Shown here piece by piece: positions 16,506-25,271 of a stretch of DNA of 32,000 nucleotides (position 1 is the stretch's first letter; every line of letters starts with the position of its first letter). Source of the DNA: a bacterium. Its GTDB lineage: Bacteria; Bacillota; Clostridia; Oscillospirales; Acutalibacteraceae. The position numbers and the translations under genes were made by a program. Below the pieces are notes generated by a model. It was given only the letters and a program-made list of their open reading frames with translations. It ran no database searches and was not told where the DNA came from. The stretch is taken from positions 3,489-35,488 of the forward strand of contig CAVJRM010000021.1 of the NCBI GenBank assembly GCA_963652165.1. The letters are read 5' to 3'.

Positions 16506-17748
16506 TTTTTACCTCCTTTTCCGCATATTTTCTAACTAAATTAAGTGCTCGTGATGCGGAAACAAATCGGTTATATTCTCTGTCATTTTTCCCCGTTTCA
16601 ACCTTTTCGCAAAGGGCATAATCTTTTGCGTTAAGTGCCACATAAATCAAGCCCGGAGCTTTGCCCTCTTCATCGGAATCCGGCCCGGCAAAACCCGTAA
16701 CGGAAATGCCTATATCTGCCCCGGAAACTCTGCGTATGCCCGCAGCCATTTCTTTTGCCGTTTCTTCACTGACTGCGCCGAAATTTTTGAGAGTTTCACT
16801 CTTTACGCCGAGAGCTTTTTCTTTAACGTCATTTGAATAACTTACTATACCGTAATGAAAAACGGAGCTTGCACCGGGTATATCGGTTATCCTCTTTGCA
16901 ATGTAGCCTGCCGTGCAGCTTTCCGCAACGGCAAGGGTAAGATTTTTTTCTTTGAGGAGTTTTACAACTCTCTCTTCTATGCCGTGAATATCTATACCGT
17001 AAACATAATCTCCAAGCCTCTTTTTAAGCTCATGGATTATGGGCTTTGCCATTTCATTTGCCTTTTCGGCCGTTTCTGCTTTTGCGGAAACTCTTAAATA
17101 ACTTTCACCCATTTTACAATAGGGGGCAACGGTGGGATTTTCCATATTAAGAAGTTCACCGGCGATTTCAGCCATTGCGCTTTCTCCGAGACCGATTGTG
17201 CGAACTTCGTGGGAAATAATCGTGCAGGTGCGATATTCTTCAAGGTAAGAAATAACCTGCTCATTAAACATGGGAGCCATTTCGTATGGAGGGCCGGGCA
17301 TAATTACAAGACATTTACCGCCTTTTTTCATACCGAGGCCGGGAGCGGTTCCTCTTTTGTTCTCAAAAACAGTGCCTCCTACGGGAACATAGGCCTGCCT
17401 TAAATTGCTTTCGGGCATTTCTCTGCCGCTGCTTTCAAAATAATTTTTGATTTTTTTTGCTATGGATTCATCAAATTTAAGCTCAAAGCCGAATTCTTTA
17501 CAGCAAACATCTCTGGTAATATCATCCGGTGTAGGCCCGAGGCCTCCGGTGGCAATAACAATATCACTGCGTGAAAGGGCGGTTTTAACTGCTTCGGCAA
17601 GCCTTTCGTAATTGTCGCCTACAGTGGTGTGATGCAAAACGGATATTCCCATGGCCGCAAAAGATGAAGAAAGGAATCTGCAATTAGTGTTAAGTATATC
17701 CCCAAGCAAAATTTCAGTCCCAACGGAAAGTATTTCGCAAACAGCCAT
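16492..17748 (-). CDS. cinA: Competence/damage-inducible protein CinA (MoCF domain + PncC-type NMN amidohydrolase domain)
   Basis: MAVCEILSVGTEILLGDILNTNCRFLSSSFAAMGISV... followed by ...LAVAESCTAGYIAKRITDIPGASSVFHYGIVSYSNDVKEKALGV, the canonical CinA architecture. Confidence 0.92.
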   Translation of the reverse strand: MAVCEILSVGTEILLGDILNTNCRFLSSSFAAMGISVLHHTTVGDNYERLAEAVKTALSRSDIVIATGGLGPTPDDITRDVCCKEFGFELKFDESIAKKIKNYFESSGREMPESNLRQAYVPVGGTVFENKRGTAPGLGMKKGGKCLVIMPGPPYEMAPMFNEQVISYLEEYRTCTIISHEVRTIGLGESAMAEIAGELLNMENPTVAPYCKMGESYLRVSAKAETAEKANEMAKPIIHELKKRLGDYVYGIDIHGIEERVVKLLKEKNLTLAVAESCTAGYIAKRITDIPGASSVFHYGIVSYSNDVKEKALGVKSETLKNFGAVSEETAKEMAAGIRRVSGADIGISVTGFAGPDSDEEGKAPGLIYVALNAKDYALCEKVETGKNDREYNRFVSASRALNLVRKYAEKEVKNEEK

Positions 17749-17763
17749 TTTTTCACCGCCGAA

Positions 17764-18939
17764 TCATTTGTTATCTATAAGCACAAATCTTGCCTGTGCT
17801 GCGGCTTGCTCTACCATAGGAGCATAGTCAAAGCCTTCCTCTGCTTTTTCAACATAATCAAGAGTGGGCCTTGTGCGAGGATGCTTAGGTGTAAATACCG
17901 TACAGCAATCCTCATAAGGAAGAATTGATATATCAAAAGTTTCTATTTTTCTGGAAATTTCAATAACTTCGTCTTTATCCATACCTATAAGAGGCCTGAA
18001 AACAGGGATTTTACATACAAAATCCGTGCAGGCAATGGCAGGCATGGTTTGGGAGGCAACCTGCCCCACACTTTCACCGGTAATAAGAGCACCTGCTCTT
18101 TCTCTTTCGGCAATTATCTGAGCTACTCTCATCATCATACGGCGCATAACCACCGTGAAAATATCCTCAGGGCAATTATCTTTGATTTGCTCTTGAATTT
18201 CCGTGAAAGGAACAACCCAAAGTCCTATACGTCCGCTGTATTTCGCAACTTGTTTAAGAAGAGAATGAACCTTTTGCTCCGCTCTTTCACTGGTGTAGGG
18301 AGGGGAAGCAAAGTGAACTGCCGTAAGCTCAAGGCCTCTTTTTGCCATCATATAGCCGGCAACGGGGCTGTCAATACCTCCGGAAATAAGGAGTGCCGCT
18401 TTACCTGCGGAGCCTGTTGGCATACCGCCTGCGCCCTTTATCTGCTTGCCGTGAACATAAGCAAATTCATCTCTTATTTCTATATTAACCGTAATATCCG
18501 GGTTATGAACGTCTACTTTTAAGTGAGGGAATTTATTAAGAAGGTATCCGCCTGCTTCTCTGCATATTTCGGGAGAATTAAGAGGGAATTTTTTATCGGA
18601 TCTCTTTGCCTCAACCTTGAATGTTTCGGCACTCATAAGGTCATCTGCAAGGTATTCCTCTGCACATTTGAGAATTACCTGAAAATCCTTTTCTACTGCG
18701 GCAGCTCTTGAAAACGCGGCAATACCGAATACTTTTTTAACAAGCTCCACCGCTCTGTCAAGGTCTGCGTTTTCGTCAAGAGGCTCTGCCACTATGGTGG
18801 ACTGAGCAACAGTAAATTTGAATTTTGAAACAGGGCTGAGCCTGTGCTTCATATTTTTAATGAGCAAATCCTCAAAAGTTCTTCTGTTAAGGCCTTTAAG
18901 GGCAAGCTCTCCGTTTTTAATAAGGATAACTTCTTTCAT
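17764..18939 (-). CDS. thiI: tRNA 4-thiouridine synthase ThiI (THUMP + PP-loop, no rhodanese domain)
   Basis: IKNGELALKGLNRRTFEDLLIKNMKHRL is the N-terminal ferredoxin-like/THUMP region. ALLISGGIDSPVAGYMMAKRG is the PP-loop SGGxDS. The 391-aa length matches the Bacillus-type short ThiI. Confidence 0.95.
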   Translation of the reverse strand: MKEVILIKNGELALKGLNRRTFEDLLIKNMKHRLSPVSKFKFTVAQSTIVAEPLDENADLDRAVELVKKVFGIAAFSRAAAVEKDFQVILKCAEEYLADDLMSAETFKVEAKRSDKKFPLNSPEICREAGGYLLNKFPHLKVDVHNPDITVNIEIRDEFAYVHGKQIKGAGGMPTGSAGKAALLISGGIDSPVAGYMMAKRGLELTAVHFASPPYTSERAEQKVHSLLKQVAKYSGRIGLWVVPFTEIQEQIKDNCPEDIFTVVMRRMMMRVAQIIAERERAGALITGESVGQVASQTMPAIACTDFVCKIPVFRPLIGMDKDEVIEISRKIETFDISILPYEDCCTVFTPKHPRTRPTLDYVEKAEEGFDYAPMVEQAAAQARFVLIDNK

Positions 18940-18950
18940 TTATTTCTCCG

Positions 18951-20084
18951 TTATTTTATTGCTCGGATTTCCGACTTTGCTTTTGCAATCATTTGAGCAA
19001 GATAATCTATTTCTTCTTTTGTGGTGTATCTGGAAAAGCTGATTCTGATGGGGCTTTCCATTCTATCGTGGTCAAGGCCCATTTCCGTGAGCACATGGCT
19101 TTTTTTGCCTTTGGAGCAGGCGGAGCCTGAGGAAACACATATTCCTTTATCGGAAAGATAATTCAACATAGGTTCGGATTTTATGCCCATAACGGAAATA
19201 TTCGTCACAAAGGGCAAAGCGTCCACGGGAGAATTTATTTCAATGCCGCCGATTTTATCAAATTCCGAAAGCATGTAATTTTTAAGTCCTTTTGCTTTTT
19301 CAAGCTCCGAGTTTATATCCGGCATGGCTTTTACCGCTGCTCCGAAGCCTGCAATGGCGGGCATTGCCTCTGTGCCTGGGCGAATTTTAAGCTCCTGCTC
19401 GCCTCCGTAAGTGCGAGGTTTGATTTTAACACCTTTGCGAATGTATAAAGCACCCACACCTTTTGGGCCGTGAACTTTATGGGAGCTGATACTCATTAAA
19501 TCAACACCGAGGGCAGAGGGCTTTACCTGCATTTTTCCGAAAGCCTGCACCGCATCGCAATGGATCAGAGCCGAACTTTTTGCCCTTGCGGCAGCTCTTT
19601 TAGCCATTTGAATAGGCATAATCGAGCCGACTTCGTTATTGACAAGCATCATGGAAATGAGAATTGTATCTGCCGTAACGGCATTAAACAAATCCTGCTC
19701 GTTTATTTTACCTTCACTGTTCACTTTGAGCTTAATTACTTCAAAGCCTTCCTCGGCAAGTTTGTTAAGGGTTTCATCGGCGCTGGGGTGCTCTACGCTT
19801 GTGGTAACAATTCTTTTGCCTTGCCTTTTCATTTGATAGGCAACGCCCATAAGAGCCAAATTGTTGCTTTCCGTGCCGCCGGAGGTAAAGAAAATTTCGC
19901 GGCTTTCACAAGAAAGCTTGCTTGCAACGGCACTGCGGGCATCTTCCAGCACATTGTTTGCCTTGTTTCCCTCATAGTGAAGGGAGGAGGGATTGCCCCA
20001 ATATTCAGTTAAGGTTTTTGCAACTGCCTCCACTGCCTCCGGGCAAGGTTTGGTGGTTGCGCTGTTATCAAAATAGGCCTGCAT
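18951..20084 (-). CDS. iscS: Class V aminotransferase-fold cysteine desulfurase (NifS/NifZ/IscS-like), likely sulfur donor for ThiI
   Basis: FTSGGTESNNLAL...ISSHKVHGPKGVGALYIRKG (PLP-lysine motif SSHK)...SSGSACS (catalytic Cys loop). It sits directly upstream of thiI, as in the Bacillus nifZ-thiI pair. Confidence 0.92.
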   Translation of the reverse strand: MQAYFDNSATTKPCPEAVEAVAKTLTEYWGNPSSLHYEGNKANNVLEDARSAVASKLSCESREIFFTSGGTESNNLALMGVAYQMKRQGKRIVTTSVEHPSADETLNKLAEEGFEVIKLKVNSEGKINEQDLFNAVTADTILISMMLVNNEVGSIMPIQMAKRAAARAKSSALIHCDAVQAFGKMQVKPSALGVDLMSISSHKVHGPKGVGALYIRKGVKIKPRTYGGEQELKIRPGTEAMPAIAGFGAAVKAMPDINSELEKAKGLKNYMLSEFDKIGGIEINSPVDALPFVTNISVMGIKSEPMLNYLSDKGICVSSGSACSKGKKSHVLTEMGLDHDRMESPIRISFSRYTTKEEIDYLAQMIAKAKSEIRAIK

Positions 20085-20214
20085 TTTTAATGCCTCATTC
20101 TAAAATTGTTGTAAGATTACGGCATTTCGCCATTATCCCATTTTAAGCATATTTACGCATATTATACACCTATAATATAAATAATTCAAGTTTTAGTTAT
20201 TAACTGTCTTTTTC

Positions 20215-20243
20215 TTGAAAATGAACAATATATGTGTTAGAAT
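20215..20243 (+). promoter_or_regulatory. Sigma-A-type promoter for the 20286-22898 gene pair
   Basis: TTGAAA (20215-20220), a 17-nt spacer, then TAGAAT (20238-20243), about 40 nt upstream of the ATG. Confidence 0.5.
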
Positions 20244-20285
20244 ATTTAGGAATTTTTGGGGCAACCCGAAAGGAGAGGTAAAAGA

Positions 20286-21410
20286 ATGAAAAAAACACTA
20301 AAAAGAATTTTATCCCTTGTACTGAGCCTTGTTTTGCTTGCTGCGCCCCTTCTCAGTATAAATTCCTTTGCAGCTTATGAGGAAATCACGGAAGACATTC
20401 CCCTGCTAAATGAAAAAGGCTACCTTAACAAAACAGGTTGGTGCTTCCAAAATAAGTTTGCTTATGATCGCTCAAAAATCGGAGCAAACGCCACACGCAT
20501 TAAGGAGTGGGATTTTTATCAAATCTCAAATGACAAATATTGCGTGCAAATCACTATTGCCGATATTTCTCTCGGCGGTGCTGTTACCGTTGGATTTTTT
20601 GACCTTGAAACCGGAGAAGAATACAGCACAATGATGTTAAATCTTTTCACTTTCGGCAGAATGAATTTAAGCAAAGACGCCATGGCAGCTCACAGCTATT
20701 CATTCAAGAGAGGCAATTTTGATTTAGAGCTTGACGTTACAAAAGAAAAGAGAACCATTAAATTTACCGGTAAAAAAGGTTTCAAAGATTTTAAACTTGA
20801 TATTACCCTTGATATGCTTCCGGAGCATGATTCTCTTATAATGGCTGTTCCGTTTAATAAGGAAGACCAATTCTATTATAATCAAAAGGTAAACTGCATG
20901 GCAGCTACCGGCACGGTTGAATACGGCGACATCAATTTTGAATTTAAGGGCAAAGAAGATAATTCATATTGCGTGCTTGACTGGGGCCGCGGCGTATGGC
21001 CTTTCCACGAAGATTGGTGGTGGGGTAACGGCAGCACAACCCTTAGTGACGGCAACGTTTTCGGCTTTGAAATAGGCTGGGGATTCGGCAACACCGATGA
21101 CGGCATTGAAAACGCCGTTTTCTACAACGGTGAAGGCACAAAAATAGGCAAAATCACCCTTGTAAACGAAGAAGAAGTTATGAAGGATTGGACCGGTCAG
21201 GATTGGATTTTCAAGAGCGAAGACGGTAAGTTTGAAATGACCATGACCCCCACTTTTGACCATTACACAATGCTCAGATTTATCTTTATAGGCAATATTT
21301 GCCATCAGGTTTTCGGCAAGTGGAACGGCACCGTTACTTTGGATGACGGCACAAAACTTGAAATTAAGGATATGATTGCATTTTGCGAACATTCCGATAA
21401 TATGTGGTAA
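20286..21410 (+). CDS. Secreted hypothetical protein, possibly DUF2804 family
   Basis: 374 aa from MKKTLKRILSLVLSLVLLAAPLLSINSFA (signal peptide) with an AAAGGAGAGG SD. The motif IKEWDFYQI...ITIADISLGGAVTVGFFD resembles DUF2804 proteins as I remember them. This is not verified. Confidence 0.75.
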   Translation: MKKTLKRILSLVLSLVLLAAPLLSINSFAAYEEITEDIPLLNEKGYLNKTGWCFQNKFAYDRSKIGANATRIKEWDFYQISNDKYCVQITIADISLGGAVTVGFFDLETGEEYSTMMLNLFTFGRMNLSKDAMAAHSYSFKRGNFDLELDVTKEKRTIKFTGKKGFKDFKLDITLDMLPEHDSLIMAVPFNKEDQFYYNQKVNCMAATGTVEYGDINFEFKGKEDNSYCVLDWGRGVWPFHEDWWWGNGSTTLSDGNVFGFEIGWGFGNTDDGIENAVFYNGEGTKIGKITLVNEEEVMKDWTGQDWIFKSEDGKFEMTMTPTFDHYTMLRFIFIGNICHQVFGKWNGTVTLDDGTKLEIKDMIAFCEHSDNMW

Positions 21411-21416
21411 TAAGAG

Positions 21417-22898
21417 ATGAAAACAGAAATGAAAAAGAAAATTATATCTATCATATTAGCATTTACTTTAATTATAGGCTGTGTTGTTCCCGCTTTTGCC
21501 GGGGATACCTCATCCGCCGAGGCTACCGTAACAGAGTCTTATCCCTTCATTATGATAAGGGGAATGAACTTCGGCGGCCTCACCTACAAAGCCGGCACGG
21601 ATGAAGAGCAAAATACCTTTGGCGGTGTTGACGCAAAAGAACTTATAGGTGCGATTTTTAAAGGAATCGGCTCTGCAATTTGGCACCGCAGCTGGAACGC
21701 TTTTGCAGATGAAGTTTGCGACTACTGTATGGATATTATGGGCCTTATGGCCTGTGATGAAAACGGTAATTCCAAATATGATGTTTCCGTGGAGTCCTAT
21801 CCCCTCGCTTTGTCAAATTACCCTGAGTTTGTTGAAAGCCTCGGCGGAAATGACGAAATGGGAATAATAAAAAAGGCCGTTGACCTTTACGGTGCGGAAA
21901 ACGTATATTATTACAATTACGATTGGCGCCTTGATCCATTAACCAATGCAGAAGATATTAACGCTCTTGTAAATCAGGCACTTAAAGATTCCGGCAAGAG
22001 CAAAGTAAATATCGTTTGTGCCAGCATGGGCGGTATTGAAACCGTTAGCTATATGTATAGATACGGCTATGAAAAAATAAACAGAGTCGTATTTTTAAGC
22101 TCTACCGTAACCGGCACTCATGTTACCTCGGATTTACTTTCCGGCAAAGTTTATATCACCCCGGAATATGTGAATATTTATCTTCATCAGATGCTTGCAA
22201 AGAACAATAAGGCATTAAGTTTTCTTTTTGATATGCTTTATAAAACAAAGGTTATAAACGGCCTTTGCACCCTTTTGAACGATAAACTTATTCCAAACCT
22301 TAAAGAAGAAGTTTACGATGTATTTTTGAGGGACGTTTTCGGCACAATGCCATCTGTTTGGGCATTGGTTTTACCGGAACAATATGATGATTGCATTTCC
22401 TATATGTTCAGCGGCAAAGAAGAAAAATACGCAGGTATAATCGCCCTTTCAAAGAAATATCAGGAAATGGCGGCATCAAGGGATGAAATGCTTTTGAACG
22501 CAGAAAAAGACGGCGTTTCAATTTGCCTTGTGGCAGGTTACAATTCCTCATGTATTCCCGTATATACCGGCGGCGGCTGCAACGGTGACGCAATTCTTGA
22601 GGCAGATCGTATGCTGGGCGGCGCAAATGTTGCAAATGTGGGCTCAACCCTCGGCGATGATTACAAAGCCGAAAATCCGAGCAAACTTTCACCGGATAAA
22701 GTCGTTGACCTTTCAAATGTACTTTTCCCCGACAGCACATGGGCGGTAAACGGCGCAAATCATGTAGGCTGCAGCTATGGCACGGATATGTCCGAATTTT
22801 TATTCACCCTTGTAAATGCAGAGGGTAAAGTTACAGTAAATACTTTCTCTCAATATCCGCAATTTATGACTTCCCCAAACGGCACGGATTTGAAGTAA
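21417..22898 (+). CDS. Secreted alpha/beta hydrolase of the LCAT-like lipase/acyltransferase type
   Basis: Signal peptide MKTEMKKKIISIILAFTLIIGCVVPAFA. YNYDWRLDP is the YDWR motif typical of LCAT-family enzymes. The nucleophile elbow is IVCASMGG (GxSxG variant). It starts 6 nt after the previous gene. Confidence 0.8.
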   Translation: MKTEMKKKIISIILAFTLIIGCVVPAFAGDTSSAEATVTESYPFIMIRGMNFGGLTYKAGTDEEQNTFGGVDAKELIGAIFKGIGSAIWHRSWNAFADEVCDYCMDIMGLMACDENGNSKYDVSVESYPLALSNYPEFVESLGGNDEMGIIKKAVDLYGAENVYYYNYDWRLDPLTNAEDINALVNQALKDSGKSKVNIVCASMGGIETVSYMYRYGYEKINRVVFLSSTVTGTHVTSDLLSGKVYITPEYVNIYLHQMLAKNNKALSFLFDMLYKTKVINGLCTLLNDKLIPNLKEEVYDVFLRDVFGTMPSVWALVLPEQYDDCISYMFSGKEEKYAGIIALSKKYQEMAASRDEMLLNAEKDGVSICLVAGYNSSCIPVYTGGGCNGDAILEADRMLGGANVANVGSTLGDDYKAENPSKLSPDKVVDLSNVLFPDSTWAVNGANHVGCSYGTDMSEFLFTLVNAEGKVTVNTFSQYPQFMTSPNGTDLK

Positions 22899-22910
22899 AT
22901 AAAACTAAAG

Positions 22911-22944
22911 CCCTCCTCCCGGATTATTGCCGGCGTGGAGGGCA
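22911..22944 (+). terminator. Stem-loop after the hydrolase gene
   Basis: GCCCTCC (22911-22917) pairs with GGAGGGC (22938-22944), with an inner CCGG/CCGG pairing. The T-tract is poor. Confidence 0.45.
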
Positions 22945-22947
22945 CTT

Positions 22948-23078
22948 CAATTAGCAATTAGCAATTAGCAATTAGCAATGAAGGGGATTTTGCTGTGCAA
23001 AATCCGAATATATAGAAAAGTAGGAATTGACAGAGAGCAATCGCCTCCCCTGTGCAGTCGCTGCGCTCAATTCATAAT
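22948..23078. repeat. Intergenic mosaic repeat, copy C
   Basis: The terminus TCAATTAGC is followed by (AATTAGC)x4 (22950-22977), AATGAAGG, the hairpin GGATTTTGC-TGT-GCAAAATCC (22986-23006), GTAGGAATTGACAGAGAGC, and GTCGCTGCGCTCAATT. Confidence 0.75.
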
Positions 23079-23107
23079 TGAATATTAATTTTATCTATGA
23101 TATAATT
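23079..23107 (+). promoter_or_regulatory. Sigma-A-type promoter of nadE
   Basis: TTGAAT (23079-23084), a 17-nt spacer, then TATAAT (23102-23107), about 30 nt upstream of the nadE ATG. Confidence 0.55.
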
Positions 23108-23139
23108 ACACTGAATAAATATCGGCGAAGGGGATTAGT

Positions 23140-25059
23140 ATGAAAGACGGATTCATAAAAGTTGCAGCGGTTACTCCGAAAGTTAAGGTTGCAGATGTTA
23201 AATATAACGGCGAAATTATCCGAAATTACATGAAAGAGGCTTCCGAAAAGGGGGCCAAAATCGTTGTATTCCCCGAGATGTGCATTACCGCCTATTCCTG
23301 CAACGATTTGTTTTTGCAGGATATTCTGCTTAAAGAGGCAAAGGAAGAGCTTTATAAGATCGCAAAATTTTCCGAGAATCTTGACGGCCTGTTTTTTGTG
23401 GGGTTGCCCTTCGAATACAAAGGAAATTTATATAACGTGGCTGCGGGAATCAGCGGCGGCAAAATCCTCGGCCTTGTACCGAAATCATACATCCCCGGCT
23501 ATAACGAATTTTATGAAACCCGTCAATTTACTTCCGGTTTTGGCGTTAATGCCTGCATAAATACCGGGGATTATGAATTTGCTCCCCTCAGCACAAATTT
23601 AATTTTCGAATGTGAAAATATGCCAAGCGTAAGAGTTGCGGCGGAAATTTGCGAAGATTTATGGACTCCCAATCCCCCAAGCATTTCTCATGCCCTTGCG
23701 GGAGGGAATATTATTGTAAATCTTTCCGCATCAAACGAAATAACCGGCAAAAGCATTTACCGCAGGGATCTGGTCAGCGGTCAGTCCGCCCGCCTTATTT
23801 GCGGATATATTTACGCTTCGGCAGGTGAGGGCGAATCCACCCAAGATGTAGTTTATTCCGGCCATAATATTATTGCGGAAAACGGCCATGTGCTTTCGGA
23901 TTCCGGCACTTTCGCAACAGGTATAACCTATGCCGAAATCGATGTGCAGCACCTTGAGAGCGACAGGCGCAGAATGACCACATTTAATACTGTTGAAGCA
24001 GAAGATTATGAAACTTTAAGCTTCTCTTTGAATTTTGAAGAAACCGAGATTTCAAGATATATTGACCCCGCTCCCTTTGTGCCCTCGGATAAAGAGCACA
24101 GAGATGTAAGGTGCAACGAAATTTTGACCATTCAGGCAATGGGCCTTAAAAAGAGGCTGGAGCATATAAATTGCAAAACTGCCGTTATAGGTATTTCCGG
24201 CGGCCTCGATTCCACCCTTGCCCTGCTTGTAACGGTTAAGGCTTTTGATTTGCTTTCCCTTGACAGAAAAGGGATTATCGCCGTAACCATGCCCGGTTTC
24301 GGCACCACTGACCGCACTTACGATAACGCTCTTAAGCTTATAAAATCCTTAGGGGCAGAGCTTAAAGAAATAAGCATTGTGCCGGCAGTTAAACAGCATT
24401 TTGCGGATATCGGTCAAGATGCGAATAATTTTGATGTAACTTACGAAAACAGTCAAGCAAGGGAACGCACCCAAATTCTTATGGATGTGGCCAATAAAAA
24501 TAACGGCATCGTAATAGGCACCGGTGATCTTTCGGAACTTGCTTTGGGCTGGGCCACCTACAATGGAGATCATATGTCCATGTACGGCGTAAATTCTTCC
24601 GTGCCCAAAACCCTTGTGCGCCACCTTGTTCGCTACTATGCAGACACTTGCTCTGATGAAGAATTAAAATCAACTCTTTATGATGTGCTTGATACCCCCG
24701 TTTCACCGGAGCTTTTGCCCCCGGAGGACGGAAAAATATCCCAAAAAACCGAGGATTTGGTAGGTCCTTACGAGCTTCACGATTTCTTCCTCTATCACAT
24801 GCTCCGTTTCGGCTCATCACCTGCCAAAATTTACAGGCTTGCAAATATAGCCTTTAAGAATACCTACAGCGGCGAATTTATTTTGAAATGGGAAAAGACT
24901 TTCTATCGCAGATTTTTCGCCCAGCACTTCAAGAGAAGCTGCCTTCCCGACGGCCCCAAAGTCGGCTCTGTTGCCGTTTCTCCCAGAGGTGATTTGAGAA
25001 TGCCCTCAGACGCCTGCGGAAAGCTGTGGATGGAAGAGCTAAACTCAATTAGCAATTAG
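23140..25059 (+). CDS. nadE: Glutamine-dependent NAD+ synthetase (nitrilase-like glutaminase domain + synthetase domain)
   Basis: 639 aa. KIVVFPEMCITAYSCNDLF...AAEICEDLW is the CN-hydrolase domain with catalytic E and C. GISGGLDSTLALLV is the PP-loop. The last codons and the stop lie inside repeat copy D. Confidence 0.95.
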   Translation: MKDGFIKVAAVTPKVKVADVKYNGEIIRNYMKEASEKGAKIVVFPEMCITAYSCNDLFLQDILLKEAKEELYKIAKFSENLDGLFFVGLPFEYKGNLYNVAAGISGGKILGLVPKSYIPGYNEFYETRQFTSGFGVNACINTGDYEFAPLSTNLIFECENMPSVRVAAEICEDLWTPNPPSISHALAGGNIIVNLSASNEITGKSIYRRDLVSGQSARLICGYIYASAGEGESTQDVVYSGHNIIAENGHVLSDSGTFATGITYAEIDVQHLESDRRRMTTFNTVEAEDYETLSFSLNFEETEISRYIDPAPFVPSDKEHRDVRCNEILTIQAMGLKKRLEHINCKTAVIGISGGLDSTLALLVTVKAFDLLSLDRKGIIAVTMPGFGTTDRTYDNALKLIKSLGAELKEISIVPAVKQHFADIGQDANNFDVTYENSQARERTQILMDVANKNNGIVIGTGDLSELALGWATYNGDHMSMYGVNSSVPKTLVRHLVRYYADTCSDEELKSTLYDVLDTPVSPELLPPEDGKISQKTEDLVGPYELHDFFLYHMLRFGSSPAKIYRLANIAFKNTYSGEFILKWEKTFYRRFFAQHFKRSCLPDGPKVGSVAVSPRGDLRMPSDACGKLWMEELNSISN

Positions 25060-25271
25060 CAATGAGCAATTAGCAATGAAGGGGATTTTGCTCCGCAAAA
25101 TCCGATTGTATATTATCGCAGGAACTGACAGTGAGCTTTATACAATCGGAGCGTAGCGACCCGACATTACTCATTACTCATTACTCATTGTCCCTACGGG
25201 ACATTTCGTTCCACATTTCCGAAGGGCCGTTCCCCATCCCACATTGGGTGAAGCCTTTAATTGCTAATTGA
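25045..25271. repeat. Intergenic mosaic repeat, copy D; a complete unit with inverted termini
   Basis: Left end TCAATTAGCAATTAG (25045-25059). The right end, reverse-complemented, is TCAATTAGCAATTAA (25257-25271). AATTAGC/AATGAGC heptads run 25047-25074. Hairpin GGATTTTGC-TCC-GCAAAATCC at 25083-25103. A 12-bp inverted repeat pairs TCCGATTGTATA (25101-25112) with TATACAATCGGA (25139-25150). (CATTACT)x3 at 25165-25185. Hairpin GTCCC-TAC-GGGAC at 25190-25202. CACATTTCCGAAGG module. Confidence 0.8.

Noticed and set aside
22950-22977. Tandem short repeats (AATTAGC x4 here; similar arrays at 25047-25074, 25165-25185, 30258-30285 and 30400-30427) could be mistaken for a CRISPR array.
   Set aside because: The units are 7 nt with no spacers, there are no cas genes, and the arrays form the arms of a larger mosaic element. 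They are microsatellite-like, not CRISPR.
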